This document shows positions 1 to 9,424 of a stretch of DNA of 59,012 nucleotides, in pieces (the first letter of the stretch is position 1; the number at the start of each line of letters is the position of its first letter). The DNA is from a virus (Duplodnaviria; Caudoviricetes): the IMG/VR virus record IMGVR_UViG_3300048999_000041, positions 1-59,012 of that record. One strand, 5' to 3'. The notes under the pieces were generated by a model. The model was given only the letters and a program-made list of their open reading frames with translations, did no database searches and was not told the DNA's origin. The position numbers and the translations under genes were made by a program.

Positions 1-127
1 CAAAAAATGCCCCGGGGGATGATTTTCTGGAGACAATCCGAAACCATACTCGTTGGAAGGGGTCGTAAACCCCCTTAGATCATTTCTAAAGCGTTCAGCA
101 AGCCGTATAAACTTTTCTTTTGGGGGA
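1..127. repeat. Terminal direct repeat (circular assembly overlap), copy 1
   Basis: Bases 1-127 are identical to 58886-59012; 127 nt equals a common assembler k-mer, so the contig is circular/complete. Confidence 0.95.
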
Positions 128-130
128 ACC

Positions 131-358
131 ATGGATATTACTAAAGAAGATCTTGACCGCAGGTTTAATTATCACCAACCACAGAACCAAGAGACGCTTG
201 ATTCTCACGCGCGCGTGCGTGAAGTATGTTGCATCGCAGCCGAGGAGATTGTTGCAGTCACTGGTTCTCCTTCTCGAGAGCAGTCTAGTGCGATTACCAA
301 GCTCGAAGAGGCAATGTTCTGGGCGAACGCCGCTATCGCCCGAGGTCGTAGTGTTTAG
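131..358 (+). CDS. Acb2/Tad1-hairpin-family small protein (putative immune-signal sponge)
   Basis: ATG at 131 after GGGGGA; motif FNYHQP...SREQSSAITKLEEAMFWANAAIAR typical of this family. Confidence 0.65.
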   Translation: MDITKEDLDRRFNYHQPQNQETLDSHARVREVCCIAAEEIVAVTGSPSREQSSAITKLEEAMFWANAAIARGRSV

Positions 359-369
359 ATAGGAGAGTC

Positions 370-1251
370 ATGAGCGCAAGTCATAGTCATTGGGAATACT
401 CGACGCCTATTGATACTTGGGAGGATTGGGACGCGTCACGTGTTGACGGCCGTTCTGATGTTAACAATCACTTCCTATCAATTGTAAGAGGTGGTACTCA
501 AGTAGACGACGTGTTGCTGATCACGATGATGATGTACATGCCTTCTGGAGATACTCCGTATCTCGCTCTAGGCCGGTGGCCTACTGGGGCGCCTAGTTTC
601 ATAGACGAAACCTCTCAATGGGCTTCTCTGCCAGATTTCCGAGCGAATGACATTTATGTTCGATCGTGGTGGAAAAGAGCAGACTTAGACACGATCAACA
701 ATGGCGGCGTGAATGTAGATCTCTACAACTTCGATGCGCCAATAGGTAGCCCTAATCCGGGTAGCACCGAAGGCGGCACGTTGTTCATGAATATTTTCCG
801 ATCGGACGGAGATCCAGAGATCGCTTATCAGCAAGGGAGCGTCTCGGACATGCCGGTCACACCAGACCCAGGGACAGAAGCGATTTTACATCAGTTCTTT
901 GCTCAGCGATCTTTTGTTATTGATGAGAGCATTCATGGTGTCGTCGCCGTTACTCCGGGATATCCAACGGGATATGAGGGTACTGGTTCTACCGCTCGAC
1001 CTTGGATGACAACGGCTCTAGAAGATAATGGCGTGTGGAATGCGGCATTAGGTGGTTTTGACAACCAAGATCTTTATGCTATTGGGTTTTATTGGGGCGG
1101 AGACGCCCTTGGCGCTATAGGTAGCGATTATGGACCGGTTACTTGGGATCTGTCAACGCCGGGTCCTTTTGCGGAAGCTTTTGGGCCTGCTGGAGCTATA
1201 CAGCAAGGAATCAAGTTTCTTGATGGTGGACCAATAATTACTTTTGTATAA
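370..1251 (+). CDS. Hypothetical acidic Gly/Pro/Trp-rich protein, possibly virion-associated
   Basis: 293-aa ORF with AGGAG RBS; no recognised catalytic motif. Confidence 0.6.
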   Translation: MSASHSHWEYSTPIDTWEDWDASRVDGRSDVNNHFLSIVRGGTQVDDVLLITMMMYMPSGDTPYLALGRWPTGAPSFIDETSQWASLPDFRANDIYVRSWWKRADLDTINNGGVNVDLYNFDAPIGSPNPGSTEGGTLFMNIFRSDGDPEIAYQQGSVSDMPVTPDPGTEAILHQFFAQRSFVIDESIHGVVAVTPGYPTGYEGTGSTARPWMTTALEDNGVWNAALGGFDNQDLYAIGFYWGGDALGAIGSDYGPVTWDLSTPGPFAEAFGPAGAIQQGIKFLDGGPIITFV

Positions 1252-1268
1252 AAGAAAGGAGAGTCGCT

Positions 1269-1613
1269 ATGGCACGACAAGTCACTACCAGACGTCGTAG
1301 ACCCGCGACGTCTCCTGAAGAACGCGAGATGCAGCTTTCCGATGCTGCGTATGATTTAGCAGAAGAGCAGATCACATCGGGTACCGCATCATCGCAGGTC
1401 CTTACCCATTTTCTTAAGATGGGCTCGACTCGTGAGCGTCTTGAGCAGGAGCGTATGCGTCACGAGGTGGAGTTGATGGAGGTCAAGAAGGAGCAGCTCG
1501 AGGGCCAGAAGCGGGTCGAGGAGCTTTACATCAATGCTCTAGAAGCTATGCGTGGATATTCTGGCCTGGGACAGGGCTCAGGTATGGTTGACGGTGAGTT
1601 CATTGAGGAGTAG
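1269..1613 (+). CDS. Putative terminase small subunit
   Basis: Strong RBS; PATSPEERE...AEEQITSGTASSQVLTHFLK motif conserved in 1706-like phages; next to cos and HNH. Confidence 0.6.
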   Translation: MARQVTTRRRRPATSPEEREMQLSDAAYDLAEEQITSGTASSQVLTHFLKMGSTRERLEQERMRHEVELMEVKKEQLEGQKRVEELYINALEAMRGYSGLGQGSGMVDGEFIEE

Positions 1614-2046
1614 AAGGTATCGTGAACTTCGTCGATTAGAAACTTTTGAAGAGCGCTTTGAATACTTAAATCTTCGTGGAGAAGTTGGTAGGACTACTTT
1701 CGGATTTGATCGATGGGTCAATCAGCAGTTCTATCGGTCTGCGCAATGGCGACGTGTTCGTGATATTGTCATCGTCCGAGACAATGGCTGCGATCTAGGT
1801 ATTGAGGGTTATGAAATTCATAATCAACTGATGGTCCATCACATGAACCCCATTACCGTAGAGGACATAGAAAACGGAGTTGATTTGATTTTGGACCCGG
1901 AGTACCTTATCACGACAACGCACCGTACACACAACGCAATTCATTATGGTGATGCCAGTCTACTTGCTAGGGTACCTATCGAAAGGCGACCTAGGGACAC
2001 TACCCCTTGGTCACCCGTTTCCACTTCAATCCAAGGAGACTCGTAA
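1603..2046 (+). CDS. HNH endonuclease (packaging-associated)
   Basis: FYRSAQWRRVR...RDNGCDLG...VHHMNP...THNAIH HNH motif; start uncertain (TTG 1603 chosen; frame open from 1552). Confidence 0.85.
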   Translation: MRSRRYRELRRLETFEERFEYLNLRGEVGRTTFGFDRWVNQQFYRSAQWRRVRDIVIVRDNGCDLGIEGYEIHNQLMVHHMNPITVEDIENGVDLILDPEYLITTTHRTHNAIHYGDASLLARVPIERRPRDTTPWSPVSTSIQGDS

Positions 2047-2047
2047 C

Positions 2048-2845
2048 ATGAGAAACCTAACTGGCCCCGATAAGGGAGACGACGTCAAACGACTGCAACA
2101 GGCGATTAATAAAAGGCTCAAAGCCCGCTCTGCTCTGCATCATCTGATCAAGGTTGACGGCGTCTTTGGTCCTAGTACCAGAGCTTCACTAGCCTACGCG
2201 TGTTATTTGTTGGGCATGAACAAGCACAAGATCGACACGCACATCAAGCATGGTAGTATCTCACCGGCAGAGCAGAATTTCGTTATTTATCCGAATCGGC
2301 GTACCCCGGAGGAGAAAGAGCTAGGACGCAAGCGTGTCGCTGCTCATCGCCTGGCCTTAAAGAAAGCGGAGCAGAAGGCGGCCGCAGCTAGTAGCGATCG
2401 TAAGAAGATTGTTGCTGTCTGGAAGCAGGCGGCGCATAATTACCGCAATAACCCGGGGGCATATCATTATCTCGCTGGTGGCATTGCTAACACCGAGATC
2501 ATGAAGCCGACGCCGAACAATTGGCGTTCGGATTGTTCGATGTTCGTCGCGTCTGGTTACAAGGACGCTGGCGTTCTGAGCCCCGCTGCGCCGTTAGAGC
2601 ATAAGTGGGCATCAACGTCGTCGATTGTCAGGTCGCCGCACGCACGTATCACTACCGACCCGAAGCCGGGTGACCTCGGTATGTACGGAGATCGTACCGG
2701 ACCTTTGGCTTCTCGTTACACCCATCACGTTGAGGGATATGTCGGAGAGCCCGGGGTCAAGTTCATTGGTCACGGTTCGCCGCCTATGGACTCGCTTACT
2801 CCGGGTGAGCCGGACTTCTACGTCACCTTTGACTTCCTTCACTAG
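2048..2845 (+). CDS. Endolysin: peptidoglycan-binding domain + NlpC/P60-like peptidase
   Basis: ATG 2048 after AAGGAG; GDDVKRLQQAIN...VDGVFGPST (PG-binding) and SDCS...PGDL...HHV catalytic motif. Confidence 0.8.
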   Translation: MRNLTGPDKGDDVKRLQQAINKRLKARSALHHLIKVDGVFGPSTRASLAYACYLLGMNKHKIDTHIKHGSISPAEQNFVIYPNRRTPEEKELGRKRVAAHRLALKKAEQKAAAASSDRKKIVAVWKQAAHNYRNNPGAYHYLAGGIANTEIMKPTPNNWRSDCSMFVASGYKDAGVLSPAAPLEHKWASTSSIVRSPHARITTDPKPGDLGMYGDRTGPLASRYTHHVEGYVGEPGVKFIGHGSPPMDSLTPGEPDFYVTFDFLH

Positions 2846-2854
2846 GAGAACTAT

Positions 2855-3025
2855 ATGACTGACGAACAGCAGACACCTCCTCCGGGATTTATTCCCCAGC
2901 AGGATCTCTCTCCGAATCAGAAGCCGGGGATCGAGGAGCGTGATAGTGATCTTATCGCTGATGCCGAAGCCGTTGTTGGCGAGGCCAATGACGCTGACGG
3001 TGTCGCCGATGATGACGACGATTAA
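2855..3025 (+). CDS. Small acidic hypothetical protein (56 aa, not in ORF track)
   Basis: AGGAG RBS, ATG 2855 to TAA 3025, fills the gap between genes. Confidence 0.6.
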   Translation: MTDEQQTPPPGFIPQQDLSPNQKPGIEERDSDLIADAEAVVGEANDADGVADDDDD

Positions 3026-3072
3026 ATAGAAATAGTTTAAAAACCAAAACAACAAAAAGGAGGCGATTCTTC

Positions 3073-3555
3073 ATGGAGGCATCGCAGACCCCACAGGGAG
3101 ACGGTTCGCCGGATCAGTCTCAGACGGCTCAGGAGACCCAGGATCAGTCTCAGACGGCTCAGGAGACCCCGGATCAGTCTCAGACGGCTCAGGAGACCCC
3201 GGATCAGTCTCAGACGGCTCAGGATGCCCCGCAGCCGGACCCGCAGGAAGAGAGCCAGGCTGCTGATGCAGCTCCGGCTCAGGCCGAGGAGCAGCAGTCG
3301 GCTCAGCCTACGCAGGATCAGTCTGCTCCGGATCCGGTGGATCAGGATGCTCGTCAGGCTCAGCGTGATACCGAGCGCGAGGAGCAGCAGCGTGAGCACA
3401 ACGAGCGTACTGGTGGTGGCCCGGTCAACGCGGGAGAGGTTCAGGCGGCTCGGGATCTCCACAATGCACGTACGGATGCTGGAGTTCCTCGGCCGACTGA
3501 GGCTGAGGTTCAGGCCGCACGTCAGGACGACGCGAACGGCCAAGATCAGGCCTAG
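3073..3555 (+). CDS. Low-complexity Gln/Asp-rich protein with DQSQTAQETP repeats
   Basis: AGGAGG RBS; 160 aa, predicted disordered. Confidence 0.75.
   Translation: MEASQTPQGDGSPDQSQTAQETQDQSQTAQETPDQSQTAQETPDQSQTAQDAPQPDPQEESQAADAAPAQAEEQQSAQPTQDQSAPDPVDQDARQAQRDTEREEQQREHNERTGGGPVNAGEVQAARDLHNARTDAGVPRPTEAEVQAARQDDANGQDQA
3109..3224 (+). repeat. 30-bp in-frame tandem repeat, ~3.8 copies
   Basis: GGATCAGTCTCAGACGGCTCAGGAGACCC(A/C) at 3111, 3141, 3171, partial 3201. Confidence 0.95.
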
Positions 3556-3573
3556 CTGAAAGGAGGTGGGAGA

Positions 3574-3984
3574 ATGGCTTTTGAATTAAGCATTCTCGAT
3601 AGCACTAAGAAGATTCTGAATGTTGATCCAACGGATGATTCGTTCGATCAGGACATCATCACGCAAGTCAACACGGCCTTCTCCCACCTTCAGCAGCTGG
3701 GGATTGGGCCAACCGTCGGCTTTGTGATTGACGACAACTCTAAGCTGTGGGAGGATTTTCTTCCTGCTCCGGATTCCGACATCATAGACGAACGATACCT
3801 GGCCATTCTCAGTGCGGTGAAGACCAATGTTTATCTTCGAGTACGTTTGTTCTTTGATCCGCCAATTGTGTCTTATGTTCTGGCTGCGTTACAACAGCAG
3901 CTTGCCGAATCAGACGCTCGTCTCAGTATGATGCGGGAGGCCAACGATTGGTCGATCCCAATCCGCCCGACATCACCGACCTAG
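3574..3984 (+). CDS. Head-to-tail adaptor-like protein
   Basis: SILDSTKKIL...FDQDII..NTAFS.LQQLGIGP and VRLFFDPP motifs conserved in this phage group. Confidence 0.65.
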   Translation: MAFELSILDSTKKILNVDPTDDSFDQDIITQVNTAFSHLQQLGIGPTVGFVIDDNSKLWEDFLPAPDSDIIDERYLAILSAVKTNVYLRVRLFFDPPIVSYVLAALQQQLAESDARLSMMREANDWSIPIRPTSPT

Positions 3985-4016
3985 TGGCCTAATCAATTCC
4001 GACCGGGAGGTTCAAA

Positions 4017-5615
4017 ATGAGTAGTAACCTCGTCATTGTGGCCATTCCGGCACGCGATGAGAAAGTTTGGAAAGTCTCAAGTGAACAGGTGCCGCATCTG
4101 ACACTGTTGTTTTTGGGAGAGAACACGGAAGATGTAGACAAGCTGGAACGTATCGTCGAGTTTGTCGATCATGCGGTTACTATGAGCGAGCATGGCCCGT
4201 TCATGATGGACGTTGATGAGCGCGGAACGCTTGGTCCCGACACCGCTGATGTGCTCTTTTTCCGCAAGGATTACAGTTCGCGATGGATTACCGGGTTTCG
4301 CAATCAACTTCTTCAGCAGAACGATATTCGCACGGCATATGACTCGGCGCTACAGTTTCCCGAGTGGCAGCCGCATCTGACTTTGGGGTATCCGGCGACC
4401 CCAGCTAATGAAGATGAGATCCCCGAGCATGGGCTTAATTGGATTACCTTTGATCGCATTGCCGTGTGGACCCAGGATTTCGATGGGCCTGAGTTCAAGC
4501 TTCATTGGCCTGATAGAGAGTTAGAGTCGTGTATGGCTATGGCTGGTACTAATAATGTTCGCAAGGCGATAGGTCTTGATACGTTAGTCAAAGAGTTAGA
4601 GATCCCCGTTGAACATCATGGTATCAAGGGTATGCGGTGGGGTGTTCGTAAAGAGAACGTAACTGGTGGAGTTAAGAAAATTGGTCGTGCGATTGGTAAG
4701 GTTGCTAGTGATGTTCAGTTTGAGAACATGGCTCGAGATGGTCGTGCCGCCGACCATATTGAAAACAAAGGTCATGCCGACTTTCGCAAAATAGATTTAC
4801 CTAAGATTAATACCAAGCCGGAGTACCAGGCGGCTAGGAAATTGCGGACACGCCTGAGAAATCCTCGAGACCCAGTGGTAAAGCAATATCGGAAAGAAAT
4901 TAAGACAACTTACATACAGCGTATGGAAAAGACGGCTAACTCGCTCACCAATAAGTCGGGTACTCGACAGTACACTATTCGTGAGCGCGGTTGGGATCTT
5001 CCGTCAGAGGGTGGAAATCTTCCTACAAGTAAGCATATTTGGGAGGTTTCTACACGCACAGTTCAACACGACGACAGTACGACTAAGCCCTTCTTTGTCG
5101 AGCTTATTCTCGACCAGGACGGCTTTGTTACTGACATTAATCAGATTAATCCGTCCGATTTTACTCAGCATACCGCAGAGTTAGGCGCTGAATTCATCGC
5201 GCATTACGGTATCAAAGGTATGCATTGGGGCATTCATACTAGGCAGTCTACTCGATCTACCCCGTCTCCGGTAGCTCCAAAGGCGACGTCTCACGTGCCG
5301 AGTGGAGCTAAGCGCAAGACTAAACTCCAGGTTGAGGGCGGTCAAAATCACCCGGCGCACGAAGACGCAATTAAGGTGGCTTTGGCTAAGGTTAAGCTTA
5401 AGAAAAGCGGTGTGGCCGCGCTGTCTAATCAGGAATTGCGGGATGTGGCCAATCGTGTGCAGCTGGAGAATCAGGTCTCATTGCTTACGTCGCACAAGGG
5501 TAAGCGGTTTGTGACCCAGCAGTTGCAGAACGAGGGCCAGAACCTCGCCCGCACTGGTGTGAAAGTTGGTGTCAAGCGCGGCATTAAGAAAGCGGGAATT
5601 GCCGCGTTAGCATAG
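4017..5615 (+). CDS. 2H phosphoesterase (2'-5' RNA ligase/Acb1-like) fused to two HxGIKGMxWG-tagged basic segments
   Basis: Two HLTL motifs (PHLTLLFLG, PHLTLGYP); VEHHGIKGMRWG at 4608 and IAHYGIKGMHWG at 5196. Confidence 0.8.
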   Translation: MSSNLVIVAIPARDEKVWKVSSEQVPHLTLLFLGENTEDVDKLERIVEFVDHAVTMSEHGPFMMDVDERGTLGPDTADVLFFRKDYSSRWITGFRNQLLQQNDIRTAYDSALQFPEWQPHLTLGYPATPANEDEIPEHGLNWITFDRIAVWTQDFDGPEFKLHWPDRELESCMAMAGTNNVRKAIGLDTLVKELEIPVEHHGIKGMRWGVRKENVTGGVKKIGRAIGKVASDVQFENMARDGRAADHIENKGHADFRKIDLPKINTKPEYQAARKLRTRLRNPRDPVVKQYRKEIKTTYIQRMEKTANSLTNKSGTRQYTIRERGWDLPSEGGNLPTSKHIWEVSTRTVQHDDSTTKPFFVELILDQDGFVTDINQINPSDFTQHTAELGAEFIAHYGIKGMHWGIHTRQSTRSTPSPVAPKATSHVPSGAKRKTKLQVEGGQNHPAHEDAIKVALAKVKLKKSGVAALSNQELRDVANRVQLENQVSLLTSHKGKRFVTQQLQNEGQNLARTGVKVGVKRGIKKAGIAALA

Positions 5616-5628
5616 GAAAGGAGGCATC

Positions 5629-7380
5629 ATGGGACTGTCCAACACCGCAGTGCCTAAGTACTATGGCCAGTTCCGCGATGCTGTTGTTCGTGGTGAGATT
5701 CCGGTAAACCGGGAAATCTCTATGGAGATGAATCGCGTTGATGCGCTTATCGCTAACCCGAACATCTATTACGACGAAGAGGCGGTTGAGGGGTTCGTTC
5801 GGTTCTGTGAAGGGGAGATGACTCTCACCGACGGAGCGGACCTCCATCTCTTGTTTACCTTCAAGCTGTGGGGCGAGCAGATTTTTGGTTGGTATTACTT
5901 TGTGGATCGATCGGTCTATGTTCCATCTGCTGGCGATCATGGCGGTCACTATGAGAAACGCACAGTCAAAATCCGTCTGACCAAGAAGTTCTTTCTTATT
6001 GTCGCTCGAGGTGCCGCCAAGTCGATGTTTGCTTCATTGGTTCAGGCATATTTTCTGACAGTCGACACATCGACTACCCATCAGATCACTACGGCGCCGA
6101 CGATGAAACAGGCGGAAGAGGTCATGTCGCCGTTTCGTACGGCTATCACGCGCGCGCGAGGCCCATTATTTAGATTTCTTACTGAAGGTTCTCTGCAGAA
6201 TACCACCGGTAGTCGAATGCTTCGTCAGAAGTTGGCGGCGACCAAGAAGGGTATTGAGAACTTTCTTACTGGGTCCATACTAGAGATCCGGCCGATGACC
6301 ATCAACAAGCTTCAGGGATTGCGTACGAAGATATCTACGGTTGACGAGTGGCTTTCTGGTGATCTCCGCGAGGATGTTATTGGTGCTATTGAGCAGGGTG
6401 CGTCTAAGCTTGATGATTATCTGATTATTGCCATCTCTTCTGAAGGTACCGTTCGTAATGGTTCCGGAGATACCATCAAGATGGAGTTGATGGATATTCT
6501 CAAGGGTATTTATCATGCACCGCATGTGGGAATTTGGCATTATAAGCTTGATGAGCTTGAAGAGGTGGGCGATCCAGCTACATGGCTTAAAGCCCAACCT
6601 AACTTGGGTCAGACAGTTACCTACGAAACTTATCAGTTAGACGTTGAGCGAGCTGAGAAAGCTCCGGCGGCGCGAAACGATATTCTCGCTAAGCGTTTCG
6701 GTATCCCGATGGAGGGTTACACGTACTTCTTTACCTACGAAGAAACCCTTCCCCACTTTGTCCGCCCGTTTGCCTATAACGGTTTACGAGCGGCGCTGGG
6801 TATGGATGCTTCGCAGGGCGACGACTTCTGGGCCTTTACTTTTCTCTTTCCACTAGGCGGAGATCGTTACGGTGTCGTGACTCGGTCTTATATTACTGAG
6901 CGTACTCTTATGCGTCTACAAGCAGCTATGCGCCAGAAGTACGAGGAGTTCATTGTTGAAGGCTCGTTGCATGTCATGAACGGCACGATTCTTGATTGGG
7001 AAGAGATCTTTGATGATGTCGATGCGTTCATTATTGCCAGCGAATTTGATGTGGCATGCTTTGGTTATGATCCATACAACGCCAAAGAGTTTGTCAAACG
7101 CTGGGAGCAGGAGAACGGACCCTTTGGAATTGAGAAAGTTATTCAGGGCGCTAAGACAGAATCGGTTCCTCTGGGTGAGTTAAAGAAACTTTCCGAAGAT
7201 CGTAATTTGTTATTTGATCAGTCTTTGATGTCGTTTGCTATGGGTAACGCGATAACGCTGGAAGATACTAACGGTAACCGTAAGCTGCTTAAGAAACGAC
7301 AGGACGAGAAGATTGATAACGTGGCTGCGCTTATGGACGCCTATATTGCGATGAAAGCCAATAAGGAGGCGTTTGAATGA
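5629..7380 (+). CDS. terL: Terminase large subunit
   Basis: Walker A VARGAAKS, Walker B STVDE, nuclease motifs GMDASQGDD and KIDNVAALMDA. Confidence 0.95.
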   Translation: MGLSNTAVPKYYGQFRDAVVRGEIPVNREISMEMNRVDALIANPNIYYDEEAVEGFVRFCEGEMTLTDGADLHLLFTFKLWGEQIFGWYYFVDRSVYVPSAGDHGGHYEKRTVKIRLTKKFFLIVARGAAKSMFASLVQAYFLTVDTSTTHQITTAPTMKQAEEVMSPFRTAITRARGPLFRFLTEGSLQNTTGSRMLRQKLAATKKGIENFLTGSILEIRPMTINKLQGLRTKISTVDEWLSGDLREDVIGAIEQGASKLDDYLIIAISSEGTVRNGSGDTIKMELMDILKGIYHAPHVGIWHYKLDELEEVGDPATWLKAQPNLGQTVTYETYQLDVERAEKAPAARNDILAKRFGIPMEGYTYFFTYEETLPHFVRPFAYNGLRAALGMDASQGDDFWAFTFLFPLGGDRYGVVTRSYITERTLMRLQAAMRQKYEEFIVEGSLHVMNGTILDWEEIFDDVDAFIIASEFDVACFGYDPYNAKEFVKRWEQENGPFGIEKVIQGAKTESVPLGELKKLSEDRNLLFDQSLMSFAMGNAITLEDTNGNRKLLKKRQDEKIDNVAALMDAYIAMKANKEAFE

Positions 7381-7784
7381 TGCGTAAGATGCGCATTAGA
7401 GGAGATCTTCAGGTCGATGGAGATATCGTTGACAAGCAGGGTGATCCAATTAGTGGCGGAGGATTTGTTATTGGCGATTGGTTCTTTCGTCCGGATGTCT
7501 CAACAATTGCCGCCTTAGGTAACGATGCATATTTTGAGATTGTTCCGCATATCGTTGATAAGCCGTTTGAGGTTCAAGTTACATTTTCTCCTGGAGCTAC
7601 CGCTTCTCGGTTCTTTGTTGGTTCATACGACGGTGATTCCTCTGTAGAAGCGTTTGTAGTTCCAGAACTTGCCGGAAACGCAATATCGGCGAACCTTATG
7701 CTCAAACCTAATGAGACATACTATATTCAGTGGGATGCAGCAGATGCTACTCCTATCGTGATTCGAGAGCGCTCTCTCGCTTAA
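7377..7784 (+). CDS. QVDGDIV-family paralog 1 (putative virion accessory protein)
   Basis: N-terminus RIRGDLQVDGDIVDKQG shared with 7835 and 22316. Confidence 0.7.
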   Translation: MMRKMRIRGDLQVDGDIVDKQGDPISGGGFVIGDWFFRPDVSTIAALGNDAYFEIVPHIVDKPFEVQVTFSPGATASRFFVGSYDGDSSVEAFVVPELAGNAISANLMLKPNETYYIQWDAADATPIVIRERSLA

Positions 7785-7834
7785 GTGCTTACCGATTAAA
7801 ACGGAGCAATGACGGCTAACAAGGAGGTGTTTAA

Positions 7835-8254
7835 ATGAATCACAGAGCGCATTTTAAGGGTGATATTCAGGTTGATGGGGATATTGTCAAATCGGATAAT
7901 CAGCCGGTTATCTGTGGTTATTTGCCAGATTACGCCAATCAGAGCTTCCCGGATTATCAGGGACTCGACGATGGCGCGGCGGACAACGCGGAGATTGATG
8001 CTACGTTCACTCCAGTTGCTATAGACAAGTGGGTTGAAGTAAAGGTCACCGCCAGGCTCGAGGCAGGACAGAATTCCTGGGCCGCAATTAATCCAGAGAC
8101 AGTGGGTATTGGCTCACGCATTAATGGTCTTGGCGCCACCCAGCCCCGTCAGGAGGCACAGTTTGCTTTACTAATTCCGCCAGGAGAGAACTATGTCATC
8201 ACGGTGTTTGACCAGGCATGGGTTACGCAAATTGTTGAGACGCCTTCGCTTTGA
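7835..8254 (+). CDS. QVDGDIV-family paralog 2
   Basis: N-terminus MNHRAHFKGDIQVDGDIV; AAGGAGG RBS. Confidence 0.7.
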   Translation: MNHRAHFKGDIQVDGDIVKSDNQPVICGYLPDYANQSFPDYQGLDDGAADNAEIDATFTPVAIDKWVEVKVTARLEAGQNSWAAINPETVGIGSRINGLGATQPRQEAQFALLIPPGENYVITVFDQAWVTQIVETPSL

Positions 8255-8311
8255 TGCATTTAATGCGATTTTACTAGACACGACATACGAGCTTTAGAAA
8301 GGGGGTGGCAT

Positions 8312-9424
8312 ATGAGCTTTCTCAGTAAGATTTATCATCCGGATCTAAACGAGGCGAACCATACAATTCAAGCAGTCATTGATCCTAGCGCAGAGTTTAA
8401 AGAGGGTGGTCATCCGTGGAGAATAGCATTCTTTAATGCTGATGGTTCGGCGATTGGCGTTGGCGGTGGAGAAATTGGACCAATGGGTCCACAAGGACCT
8501 GCTGGCCCAGACGGCCCCCAAGGTATTCGCGGGGTTAAGGGCGATACCGGCGATCAAGGTATTCAAGGTAATGCCGGAGCTATTGGCCCAAAGGGTGATC
8601 CGGGAGATCAAGGCATCCAAGGAGTTAAGGGCGATCAAGGTATTCAAGGGGTTAAGGGCGATACCGGCGATCAAGGTATTCAAGGGGTTCAAGGTAATGT
8701 TGGACCTCAAGGGATTCAAGGTAATGTCGGAGCAGTTGGACCAAAAGGCGACCAAGGAAACGCAGGACCTGCTGGAGCGCAAGGAGTTAAAGGCGATACC
8801 GGTGCTGTGGGTGCAACGTTTATTGGCGCATGGTCAAACGCGATTGCTTATACCGCGCGAGATGTTGTTAATTACAACGGCAGCTCATATGTCGCTTTAG
8901 CAAATCGTCCTGCGGGTAGCGCAAATCCTAAGACAGATGCAGCGAATTGGTTAGAGCTGGCTCATGGTGGTGGGGAAATTGCTCGTGCAGAATATGTTGC
9001 TGGAGCGGCTTTGGGTCCTGCGGCAGGAAATACGCAGTTCAATGTTCCAGGTATGAATATTGTAGTTCCAGCTGGTAGTGGTCCATTTCTGTTAGAAGCC
9101 GTAATCTCTTGCCAAGTAGTGTTTTCTGCAGCGGCAGTAGCTGCGGATAGTGCGGTTTTTCGAGCAATAATTATGGACGAGGCTAATATTATGGTTACGC
9201 AAGGCGTATTTAAATCTGTCGCTTCGCCATCGATTTCGATTATACAAACACTTAATCCCAAGCGCGTGATTCCAGGCCCACTTGCCGCCGATAAAACCTA
9301 TAGATTAGTTCTTTTGATTGATGCATTTACACACATTACCCAAACCGCTTTCTTTGGCGATCCTGGAGTAGGTGCCACATCTGCGTCAGTTGGTCCTGCT
9401 ACACTTCAAGCAACGGCTCGATAA
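8312..9424 (+). CDS. Collagen-like (Gly-X-Y) fibre protein with chitin-binding-like module
   Basis: Long GXY run (GDQGIQGVK repeats) then GAWSNAIAYTARDVVNYNGSSYVA (CBM5/12-like). Confidence 0.85.
   Translation: MSFLSKIYHPDLNEANHTIQAVIDPSAEFKEGGHPWRIAFFNADGSAIGVGGGEIGPMGPQGPAGPDGPQGIRGVKGDTGDQGIQGNAGAIGPKGDPGDQGIQGVKGDQGIQGVKGDTGDQGIQGVQGNVGPQGIQGNVGAVGPKGDQGNAGPAGAQGVKGDTGAVGATFIGAWSNAIAYTARDVVNYNGSSYVALANRPAGSANPKTDAANWLELAHGGGEIARAEYVAGAALGPAAGNTQFNVPGMNIVVPAGSGPFLLEAVISCQVVFSAAAVAADSAVFRAIIMDEANIMVTQGVFKSVASPSISIIQTLNPKRVIPGPLAADKTYRLVLLIDAFTHITQTAFFGDPGVGATSASVGPATLQATAR

Noticed and set aside
1-127. Biological direct terminal repeat
   Set aside because: Its exact 127-nt length matches an assembler k-mer overlap; a cos-like site lies just upstream, so physical ends are probably cohesive.
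3109-3224. CRISPR array
   Set aside because: Repeats are contiguous with no spacers and are in frame within a CDS.
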